This document shows, piece after piece, positions 13,225 to 26,995 of a DNA stretch of 64,000 nt. The DNA comes from Octopus sinensis (Eukaryota): positions 32,116,001-32,180,000 of the forward strand of contig NC_043002.1 of assembly GCF_006345805.1 (NCBI RefSeq). Reading direction: 5' to 3'. Position numbers and translations under genes: made by a program. Under the pieces are notes generated by a model, which was given only the letters and a program-made list of their open reading frames with translations, did no database searches and had not been told where the DNA came from. Each line of letters starts with the position of its first letter. The first letter of the stretch is position 1.

Positions 13225-14070
13225 ATCAATGTTTTCCTCGGCGATGGCAGTTGATCGTGTTCGCCTCATAGTGATGGATGACAGGCGATTGAATATAAAT
13301 CACATAGCCAATGATATTAGCATATCCCGAAAGAGATTTGAGAATATTCTGCGCACTGGACTTGGCATTATGATAGTCTCTACTCGGTGAATGCCACGTA
13401 ATCTGAAACCTGATCAAAAGAGCACCAAACTGACCACATCACGAGAAAATCTGATATTGTTTCAGGCATGTACAGCTGGTTTCCTTGAACGTTTCCAAAC
13501 CCAGGTTTTGGCATCATCACTTTGAGTCAGAAACTAAGAGATAATTCATGCGGTTGATACTCTCCTCTTCGCCTGCTCCAAAGAATGCCAAGGTCATTTC
13601 AGCTGCATAGTCGATGGCCTCATTTGGGATGAAAAGGCACTGCGTTTAGTGACTATCTTCAAAAGGGTCAAGCCGTAAATGGAGAGTGCTGTGCCAACTT
13701 GCTGAGACAGTCATGAAAGGTTATCAAGACCAAACACCCAGGAAAACTGGCGAAAGAGAAGGTTGTTGCATGAGAACAATGTTCCAGTACAGGTCTTTGG
13801 TTTCAATGTCTGCTGTGCGAGACTATGGCATTGAACTGGTTGATCATTCTTCCTATCCTTCTGACTTCGCCCCATCTGACTCTCATGTGTACCCCAACAT
13901 GAAAACTAACTTAGCTGGGAACCAGTATTGCAGTGATGACTTCAAACCTGCTGTTGATCACTTTTTGACTAACAAGATGAAGGCTTCTTTATCAACAGTA
14001 TTCAAGCACTGCGACACCATTGGAAGAAGTGCGTGGACCGCAAGGGGGTGGGTATGTTTAAAAGTACTCG
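13225..14070 (+). mobile_element. Mariner (DD34D-type) transposase pseudogene
   Basis: VMDDRRLNINHIAND..., TR*MPRNL (WVPRxL motif) and HSSYPSDFAPSDSH (YSPDLAP motif), with stops and frameshifts. Confidence 0.85.
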
Positions 14071-14465
14071 CATTCCATGATTGTATCATTGATTTTTCAC
14101 CCGACACCCGTATACATATGTATATATAAACAGGTATTCTACCCACATTCATGTATACACAATTATATACGTACATGATGATTGTCAACTCGATATCCAG
14201 CATAAACTTTTCTCAGTTCTGTCATGGGTTCGTATTTTAGTAATAATTTTATATATACATTTTATAATACTATACTGTGTATATACGTTTGCTTGTGTGC
14301 GTTTGTTTACTTGTGTGTGTTTTTGTGAGTACGTGTATGTGTTTGCTTGTGTGGGTTTTTGTGTGTATGTCTGTATGTGTGCGTGTGTGCACATTTATGT
14401 GTTTGCAAAAACGGTTTTCATCATCTGCATTTTAATTCGTTTTTCTTTAATTATCTACCTGGCAT

Positions 14466-14513
<48 letters not shown>

Positions 14514-14679
14514 CTTTCTCTAATTTTACAGTTTAAATCAGTTGTTCATGCATATTGTTAATGGAAATCCCAAACAAACAAAACACTTGACATTTTTCTG
14601 TTGTCTAACAATTGCCGTAATTTGTTTCTTGCTCTTGGTATGTTTTTATTTCTTGTCCCTCTTTTTGTACTCCTTCTAC

Positions 14680-14784
14680 TAATGATGATGATGATGATGA
14701 CGACGACGACGACGACGATGAGGATGATGATGATGAGGAGGAGGATAAACAACAACAATAATAATAATAATAATAATAATAATA

Positions 14785-14838
<54 letters not shown>

Positions 14839-14868
14839 ATTATTATTGTTATCATTATTATTATTATT
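14680..14868. repeat. Compound trinucleotide array (GAT/GAC/AAC/AAT then ATT)
   Basis: Read directly. Strand orientation switches near 14785. Confidence 0.95.
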
Positions 14869-15369
14869 GAGTGAGAGAGCAGTGCATGCCATCAAAGTGA
14901 CACTGGGGTAAAATATACGAAGCCCAGTATACCCATCATGACTACCCGTCTGATAAGGGTACACTAGGCACATGCATCACAACTATATGTGCGCGACATG
15001 GTGATCTCATATCAAGATAAACAGCACATGACCTTGCAGGTGGGGCCCAGTTAGAATTTTCTTCTGGTCGAGTAGCCCATCCCACTCAAATGGTCCTTGA
15101 ATAAGAGTTATTTAAGGATGTTAAATGAAACACCCATGTTTCCAGAGGTGAATTATTTAAACCCCAAAGAATCCCTCTCAACACATGGCTATGATGCTCC
15201 CCCACTACTTCTGCTCGTGATCAGAGATGCACATATCGTCAGCCACTAAGGGACATGCTCAACTGGTTAAGGTCAAACAACTGACAAGCAAATCTGTGGT
15301 ATTGAGCAGAATATTTGCTGTAGCCCATCTTTTATACCAAGACAAAACAATGTACATGATAACACTTCC
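14869..15369 (-). mobile_element. About 500-bp non-coding interspersed element between two (TAA)n arrays
   Basis: Sharp boundaries against TTA arrays on both sides. No tRNA head or coding motif seen. Orientation is inferred from the TAA flanks. Confidence 0.6.
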
Positions 15370-15439
<70 letters not shown>

Positions 15440-15440
15440 T

Positions 15441-15600
15441 TTCTCTTTATCTATCACTGGTTTTGTTGAAGCTCCTGGAGTCTTGCATGCGTTGCGACCT
15501 TACTACCTGCAGCCTACTGTACCATGATATTCGTTCCTTTCAGCTATCTAATACTATCATGATTATTCTGGCCGTGCCAAGGAGGCAAACCTTTCGTAAC
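15441..15600 (-). mobile_element. R4/Dong-like 3' end fragment
   Basis: Homologous to 9797-9960 (ttctcttta...cctggagtcttg...gattattctggccgtg). Also abuts (TAA)n. Confidence 0.8.
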
Positions 15601-15639
15601 AGTTCTACTGGGCACTCTATTCCAGTTTACTTCTGATTC

Positions 15640-16355
15640 TGTTCCCAAAGACCCAACAATAATTGGCACTATCTTTACCTAGATACACAAGAACTAACTA
15701 TAGGAGAAAACTAGCAACAAACAACACATTAAATACTCAACACCACAAAATCTCACCACCATTTCAAATATGCGAACAAACAACTAAACTAACAGAAAAT
15801 GCATGCAAAAACCATATCTTCTGTTATAACCCAATCTGGGGCTCGAACATGTCATCTTAGATCGCAAAACAATTCTTCACTCGATCGTTGCTTCCCTAAA
15901 AACGGGAAATATTCAACCGTCACACTATAAAACTCTCCTATGCTATTTCATCAAATATAGAATACCACACTCAAAATAAGCCCTCAAGAATTGACCGTAA
16001 TTCATATAACCAACCTATAGTCAATGCAAATATCAACCAGTTAATTCATCAAAGTAATAATGACGCGAATTTAATACCAACCAACCGACAAAGCACAACT
16101 GCAATAACTATAATAACCAACCAATGCATCACACTGGCAACAATTCAAACAACAACACTAGCTCACCCAGAAATAGAAAAAAATAATAGGATGACCCTGA
16201 TCATGGATATACTGAATAGAACCAATTCATCTAGAGCTCGTTGTTCAAAAACAAAAAAACAACCAATTATGCTCATGCAGAGACTGATACAAATATCTCT
16301 TGGAAATCAATGCATGGCCAGAAATATGGTGTATAAATGCACAGTAAACACTAGT
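15640..16355 (+). mobile_element. Penelope-like element remnant (RT C-terminus to GIY-YIG start)
   Basis: IFCYNPIWGSNMSS and IKLSYAISSNI (cf. IWFNPPFS...VKVSYSCMPN); GNQCMARNMVYKCTV resembles the start of the endonuclease. Confidence 0.6.
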
Positions 16356-16446
16356 GTGTTTAATTTTCACATTTTCTATTTTTAGTCTTGTTGTTTACGT
16401 ATTTCGCACGTTTGTCTACGTATTCATGTTGTTTACACAGTTGGTG

Positions 16447-16512
<66 letters not shown>

Positions 16513-16637
16513 TTTAAGCAGACCAAAGCTTCGAAGTCATTATCCTTGTTAGGGAGTTATAAATATGCATTCAACAAAGGATACTACCAACTCCTTCAGT
16601 TTTATGTAAAATATTTTTATATATAACTCGACACAGA

Positions 16638-16681
<44 letters not shown>

Positions 16682-16863
16682 TGTGTGTGTACATCTGCAT
16701 GTTTGTGTGTGTGTTTGTGTGTGTACCACATGCCACAATGTGCATGCATGTGCGTGAGTTGGTAGCTATTCTGGTTTCATGTCACGTTGTGCATAATCAT
16801 TTTCCCAAATGAAATACTCATGTGCAATCTTCATCGCGCTTGATCCGTATGTAAAATATTTAG

Positions 16864-16960
16864 AGAAAATATCAGGAAGCAGAACTCGAACACGGTTTGG
16901 GAACAGCTTTGTTTACCTTCACTGAAACTACAAATCATTGCCGTGCTACCTGCTTTCGAC
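16864..16960 (+). CDS. Candidate internal exon (ENIRKQNSNTVWEQLCLPSLKLQIIAVLPAFD)
   Basis: atatttag acceptor and gttagt donor at 16961. Two of three frames are open, so the frame is ambiguous. Confidence 0.25.
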
Positions 16961-17112
16961 GTTAGTCCAAATTCCACTTATGTAAATAGAATTATATATC
17001 ACTTATGACATCTGCACTCGTACCTATTCGCTCCACAGCAAATATGACATTTCAAAGCCTGCATCTGAAAGTTCAATCATACTTTTCCTGAAGCATTTAC
17101 TGATAAATAATT

Positions 17113-17176
<64 letters not shown>

Positions 17177-17192
17177 TAATAATAATAATAAC
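17113..17192. repeat. (AAT)n microsatellite
   Basis: Read directly. Confidence 0.95.
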
Positions 17193-17639
17193 TATGACGA
17201 TGACGATAATGATGATGAGTTGCTCGTATACCAAAATCATTTCTACATAACAACAATAGCAAAAACTTGGACAACATCATATACGAAAAATATAACAAGT
17301 AAAACAATCACGTAAACAAAAGAGGGAAAATAGGTAAAAATTCGATCTAAAGAAATGAGAAGCTAGAATTATTTCCGAAAATCAGAAGAATGAGAACACG
17401 GACATTTTTTAATAGCTGAACGTTAGGAAAATGAAGCCATGAAGTGGGCAGAGATATAAAGCAACGCTCTTTGACCAGAGCATCACGGGACAAGCGATTA
17501 GAAGAAAATAGATTGGAGAAAAATGACTGAGAAGTGTTTTCCATCATCTCTCCTTCATTTATCTTCTCTATCTGTTACCCATTTCTCACTATTTTTCTTC
17601 TTTGCAGAGTGATAGAATAATCGAATTCATATCCTACAT

Positions 17640-17703
17640 ACTCATGCATATAAACATACATATATAAATATGTACATATACATACTATACGTATTTATGC
17701 ATA

Positions 17704-17760
<57 letters not shown>

Positions 17761-17993
17761 TATATACAACATATAGGTATACATATACAATACATACACA
17801 CATATATACACAAATATATATGTATATATATGTAGATATATGTATATATATACAACACATATATATATACATACAAACACACACATATGTATTATATATG
17901 TATATATATCTATATATATATATATATATAATATATATAATATATATATTATATATATGTGTATATATATATACATAAAAACACACAAATATG

Positions 17994-18089
<96 letters not shown>

Positions 18090-18197
18090 ATATATATATA
18101 ATATTATTATATTATATATGTATATATATATGAATACATACGGATACATGTAAATAGGCATATGCATAAAGATTTAGATTTATAAGCATATATATGC

Positions 18198-18232
<35 letters not shown>

Positions 18233-18330
18233 ACACTCTCACACACATGTATACATACATATATACATTCATATATACATATGCGTGTGTGCGTGTGTAG
18301 CTGCGTGTGTGAGTGTGTACAATACATACA
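17640..18330. repeat. (TA)n/(TACA)n low-complexity block
   Basis: Source of the YIYI-type ORFs in the track. Confidence 0.95.
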
Positions 18331-18569
18331 AGGAAAAAGAGGAATGGAGACATAGAGAAAGAGAGAGTGAGAGAGAGAAAAGGAGAGAGAGAGAGAGGAA
18401 AGACTATTTCCGTTTGTGAAATAAGTCTATCAATGATAGGAATTTTTTTTTATTGGCCTCACGTGCAGATCTTGTGAGTCTGTCATGCACCGACGCAAAG
18501 CTTAAAGATCTATTTCTTGTCAAGCAGGAAATCTATGCTGATAGTGGGAATAGAAGGCTGATGGGAAGA

Positions 18570-18587
18570 AATAATAATAATAATAAC

Positions 18588-18628
<41 letters not shown>

Positions 18629-18978
18629 CAACAACTGTGAATGAATCGTCTAACGTAAATCTAAATCGATCCTTACGCCTACGTGGTTATCAGGAAATCA
18701 CGTGCTCCGTTTCGTCATCTCTCAGATATATTCCTCAAATATCCTTTCAACTGTTGGTCTGGCTACGTATTCTTCTTTTTCTTCCACATCTTCATTCTTA
18801 TCGTCAATATCGTTATCATCACTACCGCCGCCACCGCCATCGCCACCAGCACCGTCTCCACCACCACCACCACCACCACCATTGTTGACGCCGTCATCTT
18901 GCTCCGTCTCCTCCTCAGCGTCTTCGACATCATAAGCTGGAATAGCTCATGGCTAATCTAACAACTGCAACAGCAACT

Positions 18979-19030
<52 letters not shown>

Positions 19031-19125
19031 CAGTAGCAGTAGCAGTAGCAACAGTAGCAGCAGCAGCAGCAGTAGTAGTAGTAGCAGTAGCAGCAGCAAC
19101 AGTAGCAGCAGCAGCAGCAGCAGCA

Positions 19126-19175
<50 letters not shown>

Positions 19176-19200
19176 ATGGTGGTGATGATAGTGATGATGA
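18570..19200. repeat. Compound trinucleotide arrays (AAT/AAC, CAC, TAG/CAG, GAT)
   Basis: Read directly. Confidence 0.9.
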
Positions 19201-19715
19201 TCCTCCGATTTAATGGTTGTCATTTCTCCAGAATCGATAAAATAGTTTGAGAAAAAAAGCAAAAAGCAAAAAATAACATTACCGCCAGAGTCTACAATTT
19301 GAAACAAGTTGTAAAAGCCTGAAACATCTCTATACATTGTTGCAGTTCTTGGTATCATTATTGTTGTTGTTGTTATCATTATTATTTTTACTACTATTAT
19401 TATTATTATTATTATTTTATTTATTTTTAAACTGCAACTTTGTTACAATCACTTGCCGAGACACACCCAGTGACCTAGGGTGAGTGTAGGATAAGAGATG
19501 TTACAGTTTGACTGAAAGCTTGGGTTGGAGAAGTGCCAGGGGCAGTAGCGAAATATCTTCACGTAATACAACACAAACATTTAAATTGATAAGCCTTTTC
19601 TAAGGATGTGGGTACTACTTGTCAGCACATTTTTTTTTTATTTCTCTGAGTCATGGTTCTCCTGGGATGTGATGTAGTTGTTTCGGACATCCCTTTTTTA
19701 TCATACTTTGGCTAC

Positions 19716-20612
19716 CTACATACAGTGGCTGGACAGGCTGATGCGTTTGCCTTTCCACTTGTCAGACTGGCCATTTTCTGTCACTTCCTGTTGCGTGGAG
19801 GACTGGGCATGCCGTGAGTGATGATGTACAGACATGTGTTGAGGATGCTGAGGTGTATCAACTGGCTGGTATTTTCCGGGGGACTTTCGGGTCGGGAACA
19901 ATGGATAACTTCTAGAAAGCCTTGACCTGGCAGTGTTACCGGAGGAAGCTGCCGATTCGAGATAAGCTCTAAGGCGCGAGTGTGACGTCAGTCGGGCTTG
20001 TCCGAAGTGTATGGTGAGCGATGAAACCGTTCTGCGTGTTCTCATACAGTGTCCGCGCATCGTTGATTTGTGGAACTTTGTCGAACAGTTATTTTTACGT
20101 GTAGGACGGATCCGGCTATCGTCTGAGTCCATTGTGAAGATCGTTCTGCCTCCTTCCTTTGGCCGAGAAGGGAGGGCAATTTTTCTTTGTCTGGTGGCTA
20201 TGGCAAAAGAGGATATATGGTGGACACGATAGAAAGCCTTCATTGAATTTTTCAGGTTCCATCTGAAAAGGAATGCGGGGTATTGTCACATAGTAGGTTC
20301 GTTGAAATGTGGGTGAATGTGGCAAGAACGGCCCGCGTGAATGGGCCTGCTCTAAGTGTGCGCCTCTAGGCCGGATGGAAGAGAGTATGGAGGATGCCTT
20401 ACTGAGGAGCCGTTGGTGTTAAGGGGCCCAAAATGAGTAAGGTCTCTTTGGTCACCTTACGGTGGAACTCCCCCTATTGGAAAAACATTGCTGATTTACT
20501 CTCTTTGTTAATCGTTGTTTGTTAGCTGTTTACAAGTTTAACCTCACTGCCCCTCGTCTGTGTATCGTCCTCCATGTTTTGTGCTCGGCCCTGATGGACA
20601 ATAAAGAAAGAA
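19716..20612 (+). mobile_element. Tx1/L1-like LINE, 5'-truncated 3' portion
   Basis: GGLGMP and ETVLRVLIQCPRIVDLWNFVEQ (zf-RVT-like). Homologous to 36893-37829. AATAAA is followed by (ATT)n. Confidence 0.8.
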
Positions 20613-20629
20613 TTATTATTATTATTATA

Positions 20630-20670
<41 letters not shown>

Positions 20671-20754
20671 TATTTACTTACTGTTTTATACCAGTTGTTT
20701 TAATTCTCACCCAGAGATATGAAGTAACAGCAAGTTGAATGTTTTCACTAAGCG

Positions 20755-21275
20755 TGTTATTTATGATTAGCAAAGCTAGTAAGAAACTCTCAAGAGAGCT
20801 GAACAGCAGCAGTTCTTCAGAGAGAAACCGCACCCCTTAGGCAAGTATTTCGACTATTAGCTTCTTACACTCTAATGAGGCCAGGCTGCATCCAGTTCAT
20901 AACTTCTAGGAGCCCTTCTGCTGATACTGTTTAGGAACTTGGATATTGGAGACTCGTGCATTTTAACCTCTTGAAGATTTCATCTTGTGACTCCTCTCCG
21001 TTGACTCTTCTCCGTTGTTCCAGCTTTTTGTTCCTCCTCGACCAGAACCAGCGGTAACACCACCCTGCTCTCTTTGATATTGTCTTTAGGGCTTTCGTCC
21101 TGTCCTTCCCAGAAACTGAGAGTTGTTTCATTAGATAATAAAGAACAAATTTCCCCCTAAATCCTCTAGCTCCAACCCTTATAGCGATAAGTTTAACACT
21201 GTTGATTTTCCTCATGCTGTTTGCCTGAATGGCGTATTTTTCTGTTTTGATCTACTTTCAAACTGCACACGGTAA
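20755..21275 (-). mobile_element. RLE-endonuclease LINE C-terminus and 3' UTR (NeSL/HERO/R2-like)
   Basis: IAIRVGARGFRGKFV...KALKTISKRAGWCYRWFWSRR resembles the PVEVGARGF...RWLW C-terminal motif. Confidence 0.65.
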
Positions 21276-21540
21276 GTCCAAGCAAAATCAGTTGTTGCTT
21301 TCAAATGAAGTGGAATGGAGTACTATATCTCGCCTCAAGCCACTAATTTTTAAAGGATGTACAAAATCTCACCCAGAGACCTAAAGTAACTGCAACGTTT
21401 TTGCAATACTTGCGTACTTGTCTCGACGTAGATAAGCACATTTGCACAAGCATGCATGCATATATGTATGTATATATATATATACATAACTACACACACA
21501 CGCGCACACACGCACACACACACACACACTCACACACACA

Positions 21541-21593
<53 letters not shown>

Positions 21594-21652
21594 CTAGTAA
21601 ATTATGAATGCCCCATTAATGTTTACGTGACCTGATCGACCTGTCCAAACAG

Positions 21653-21769
21653 GTGTCTCTGCGGGCAATTACGGTGACAGACAATGTAATTCACGTGCAA
21701 AAAAAGGGAGTTGGGTTGTGCATTATTGAAGCTTTTAAAAATTCTGACAGGAACAGAGCCAAGAGCTAT
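21653..21769 (+). CDS. Candidate internal exon, phase 0-0 (VSLRAITVTDNVIHVQKKGVGLCIIEAFKNSDRNRAKSY)
   Basis: ctgtccaaacag acceptor, gttagt donor at 21770, 117 nt open frame. Confidence 0.3.
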
Positions 21770-22104
21770 GTTAGTTATTTTCTTTATTTTCTTAAATTTG
21801 CCTTTTGTTTCTTAAAGTCGGTGTCCATTCAATTGAGACAAGATTTCCTAAGCATCTGGCCCCCATCCATAATGAACTGCGCATGTGGAATAGCTTGCTA
21901 TATTAATCTTTCGTTTATATGCACACATACATATACGCATTAATTAGCGCATAATGATATATATATATATATACGTATGTATGTATGTATGTATGTATGT
22001 ATGTATGTATGTATGTATGTATGTATGTATGTATGTATGTATGTATGTATGTATGCATATATGTATGTGTATATATAGATATATATGTGTATATATATAT
22101 GTAT

Positions 22105-22183
<79 letters not shown>

Positions 22184-22253
22184 GGAGTAAGCACATAGAT
22201 ATGAAACAGGTGGAAAAAAGAGTACTCAAATACCAGAGGTAGAGTAATATGCT

Positions 22254-22413
22254 TTATTTAAAAGCAGCAGAAATATAACAAAAGCTGTTACTCAGAGTTT
22301 CACGTTCCCGTTCGTCGGACAGTTTTGTCAACAAAAAACTCTCCGACGAACGGGAACGTGACACTCTGAGTAACAGCTTTTGTTATATTTCTGCTGCTGC
22401 TGCTTTTAAATAA
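22254..22413. mobile_element. Fold-back (inverted) Penelope-type terminal repeat
   Basis: Arms 22254-22318 and 22342-22413 are near-perfect reverse complements, and each contains a hammerhead motif. Confidence 0.7.
22285..22322 (-). ncRNA. Minimal type-I hammerhead ribozyme motif, U4C core variant
   Basis: CUGU-CCGACGA-ACG(GGAA)CGU-GAAA-CUCUGAG-UA|ACAG. Stem I is 4 bp, stem II 3 bp, stem III is palindromic, and the cleavage triplet is GUA. Confidence 0.7.
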
Positions 22414-22455
22414 TGTATACATATACGTATGCATATATATGTATATATACCCCCC

Positions 22456-22486
<31 letters not shown>

Positions 22487-22779
22487 GTATATATATATTT
22501 AGACCCAAAATGAATTCGAGAAAATCTCGATATAAAAAACACTTAGAAGCGTTTTAAATTTCCACTCTGATAACTTTACCGAGGACCAAGTCACAAGGGT
22601 AAAGAGTGGCTATAAGGGGAATCCAAGCGAACAGATATGGAGACAATGATTCAAATAAACAGATAAAAGCTTCGGTTTTAATGTACAAAATGTATACACA
22701 TGTATATATATAAAAAGAGAACCAGACTTAAAATTTTCAGATGATTAAGAATCACATTTGAAAATATATATGAATTTTT

Positions 22780-23100
22780 TAATAGAGCCAATTTACTCAA
22801 ATAGCATAGACTCAAAGAATTACAGGAGAGAAGGCATTACAAATCCGACAGCTGTTTCTGAGGTTTCGGACTTACTTCATAATGTTGGTAGATATAGTTC
22901 ATCAAAAATTTGCAGCCAGTAACGGAAGTGTATAAACATTAGTAAAATCCAGGGCCTCCTTCATCGGGATGGATAAAGCAGATTCTAAAGTATCAAATCA
23001 TAATGCAGAGAAATTTAGAGATACAATAGGTATAGTACGAGGCAAAGACGTGATAGTGGCCGGAAGAAGTAGGTGACTGGATGGGAGTATGTAGAGTGGT
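22780..23100 (-). mobile_element. Highly decayed Penelope-like RT remnant
   Basis: FDTLESALSIPMKEALDF resembles the PLE motif FDVESLFTSIPxxEALD. Many stops. Confidence 0.35.
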
Positions 23101-23799
23101 AGAGCAGGGGAAAGGAGAAGAGATCACAGAGTCATTTCAAGAAAATGGAAGGATGAGTGAACAGGGTACTGAAAGTATTAGTATTAGTAGTAGAAGTAAA
23201 GGATTGGGAAATGAATAATAGTGGTTGTGGGTAGTATTTGAAGGAGAGCCGATGCTGTTGGATTTATGAATAGATGTTAAAAATTTAGGATAGTAGGCAA
23301 TATAATAAAGGATAATTTATATCTATATATATATATGTGTGTGTGTTTATGTTCATGTATGTGTGTGACTCTGTGTGTGTGTGTGTGTATCCGTGAGATG
23401 TATTAAAATACGTTTCTCTTTTAATTACTAAATTTAGGGTTATTAGTGATTTTCGTATATGCGGATCAGCCTTATACAGTTTGTTGGAAAAATTCAAGTT
23501 TCACTTCCCAACTTTGCTTTTATGGATGCCTTCATCTCAACCATTATAATCAAAATATTGAGTATTGGAGTCTTCTTTTCATACAGAGTGGATTTGTTTA
23601 AACATTCTTTAAACCCACAATTTATCCATCTGATTGTTAAAGATCGTCGCCATCGGATACCTATATTAGATATTAAAATAAAGGGTAGAAAAAGGGTAAA
23701 TAAAGAGTAATGAAGGGTAAAAAAAGTCCCCTTTCGGCCATGAATGATCATAGATTGTTCCTGGAAAGTTTCCCTCCGAGACACAAGTCTGGCAAGGTT

Positions 23800-24045
23800 A
23801 TTTATGAAAGACAAAAGTCGACCATGCATACCAGCCTCCTCTCCACACGCTACCGATGTTACTCAAGTGAAAGGCCAAGGCTGATACAGCTTGGCACCAG
23901 TGACGTCACAATTCATTTTTTACAGCTGAGTGAATTGGAGTAACGTGAAATAAAGTGTCTTGCTGAAGAACGCAACACATAGCCCGGTCCGGGAATCGAA
24001 CTAACTACCTCATGATTGTGATTCCGACACTCTAAACACTGAGAT
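23800..24045 (-). mobile_element. tRNA-derived SINE, family C
   Basis: Minus head ctcagtgtttagagtgtcgg...gttcgattcccgg (A and B boxes), followed by gcaagacacttt...cactcagctgtaaaa core. Confidence 0.75.
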
Positions 24046-24199
24046 AAAATAGTACAATGATAAACACACAAATAGGATCCGCTTTCTTTCCACATAACGT
24101 AGGAGATTCATCCCGGCATATATTATGGCATAGGACAAATACCCAAATAAAACAATTACTTACGACCTCTAAAATTTCAGTTTATTACTTTCTCACATA

Positions 24200-24700
24200 A
24201 AATCGCCAACGGAGCATAAATTTCTAATAAATTTAGAAGAAACAAGCAGGTACCAATTCTGCCCTAGAAGAATGGTTTTAGGCTAACGTTTCAGTTGTAG
24301 AAACAACCAAGATTTTGTTAGATGAAAAAAATTAGAAAGCCTTTCATGACACTAGTAGTAAAAACATTAAAACTCATAACTAACCAATTGTTCAAGATGA
24401 AAGCTATAGAAATAATAAAACGGAACAGCTATGGATCCCAATCTGGCACCCACGTTAGCCAAATTTTAATTAGTTGCCACTGAAAACAAAATAACACCTA
24501 AACTCAAATATTGTATGCCGTAGATATGTAGACGATATACTAGTTATAATGGACACATGAAAAGACGTTGAGAAATGAAATTGGAACTCGAGAACAAGTC
24601 ACCGCTGAAATTCAACATCCCAAACAATATAAAAATGATTCTGTGTCTAGACACAAGCATTTAGTTTAAAAACATGAGATACATTACGCAAGTACACACA
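24200..24700 (+). mobile_element. Penelope-like RT remnant
   Basis: NGTAMDPNLAPTLAKF (cf. GTAMGSPLAP) and RYVDDILVIMDT catalytic motif near 24520-24560. Confidence 0.7.
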
Positions 24701-25449
24701 AGAAAATGAAACAAAATTATATCCCACATTGATAGACGATGCTCATCTTACCATAAATTATAAGTGGCAAAATCATTACTAAAGTGAGCATTTATATTAT
24801 TTTCCACATAAAGGAAAAAATCCACAGAAAAATAAATAAATAAATAAATAATTTATTATTCAAAGAGACGCACAGAGCAAGTTACTTACAAGTTTAGACT
24901 GATAAAGAATGCGATAAATGCATTTTGCTGTACAAATACTAAAACTTATAATTAGAAGATGTCTGTATGTACTTAAGTATACATACATAATATATAAATG
25001 GATATGTGTATCTATGTGTATGTATGTGTATCTATGCCTATCTATCTATCTTTCAAGATAGATATATAAATAGATAGATAGATATTACACGATTGATGTC
25101 ATGTACATTTTAATATGTGTATAATGTATATAGAAATATATATACGAATCTATAAATGTATATTTATATGTATAGATATGTAGGTTTGCGTGCATTTTTA
25201 TAGCGCGTCCGTTTATATGCGTATTCGTTTATATGGATATACATAAAAACATATATATATATAAATATGTATGTTTGTATGTATGAATGTATGTATGTAT
25301 GTATGTATGTATGTATGTATGTATGTATGTATGTATATATATATATTATGTATGTAATATACACTTTCATACGCGTGTATAGACATTCATATATAGTTAT
25401 GCTTATGTATAGATATACAATGACATATACATATATGTATACAGACACA

Positions 25450-25527
<78 letters not shown>

Positions 25528-25560
25528 CGTATATATACTTACATGTATATATATACATAC

Positions 25561-25591
<31 letters not shown>

Positions 25592-25675
25592 CACATGCAC
25601 ACATATACACACACACACACACACCACACACACACACACCACACACACACACACAACACACACACACACACACCA

Positions 25676-25714
<39 letters not shown>

Positions 25715-26219
25715 TTGTCAAACATGTCACCTCGGCATGCAACATACAGGATGGTTGTAAATATTTTCAAAAGCCGAAAATCACGCTAAACCTTCCCTGG
25801 AATATAATTGGAATTGACAGCATGACAAGAACTGACTTTACCTCTGAGCTACTTGAAGAATTTATTCATGTATTTATTTACCTAACATACACCCTCTCTC
25901 CTTCAGCACCCCGAATGTCCCGCAGTCCTCAAGTCGGACTATATGATCCACCCTTCCCACCGTTTCCAATGTATCTCACTCTCTATCCTTCTCTATTACT
26001 CGCTATCCACCTCCCTTAACACATCCTCCCCCTATCTATTTTCCTCGAACTTTCTTTGTCTCTCTCTCATACATGCATTCATACATACATATTTATGTAC
26101 ATATATGCATATATATATATATATATATATAGTTATATTAGCGAATAAACTATACATCTTATGTATATATACACACACACACATTTATAAATATATTTAA
26201 CCAGATATACGAATATAGT

Positions 26220-26466
<247 letters not shown>

Positions 26467-26960
26467 TCCACGTCATGTCTTCTCTCACAAGTTAACATAT
26501 ATTAACAACACCAACTCTGATATTGACATCATTGTTTGGCTCTATTTGTCTGTTGTTTGATATTTTTAAATATATTTTTCTTTGCAACTTCATACCTTTT
26601 TTTTTTAATTCTTTTATATTGGTATTTTAATTTTTTTTATTGTTTCTTGTCCTGTGTTATTTAAATATATGTCTTTTCTTGACATGCCAGTAGTTAACCT
26701 AATTTTAGCTGCCAGACAATTAAGAGGCGCTCTTCTGTAATATATTTGAAAGAATGAGCAGAGGAAAATCTATGAATTTGTGCGTGCATGCACGCACACA
26801 GAGACAAAGGCAGAGCTTACGTAGAGGCATATCTACATAGAAATATGCGTATGTGTATCAAGAGGATGCGTATTATGATTGTCTATATATATGTGTTTAC
26901 ATATATACATGTATAGCACACTAGAAACATCAGCGTATGTATGTATGCATATATATATAT

Positions 26961-26995
<35 letters not shown>

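Noticed and set aside
17024-17064. Minus-strand 41-nt exon-like segment (MQALKCHICCGAN) reminiscent of a Ly6 start
   Set aside because: No partner exons found, and the cysteine spacing is not diagnostic.
23440-23700. Possible PLE endonuclease tail on the minus strand
   Set aside because: Similarity too faint to call without alignment.
25749-25868. Protein-like frame [40 protein letters not shown]
   Set aside because: Acceptor is purine-rich and the donor (gtattt) is weak. Kept out of the gene model.
26779-26798. Perfect 20-bp palindrome tgtgcgtgcatgcacgcaca
   Set aside because: Expected by chance among alternating purine-pyrimidine repeats.
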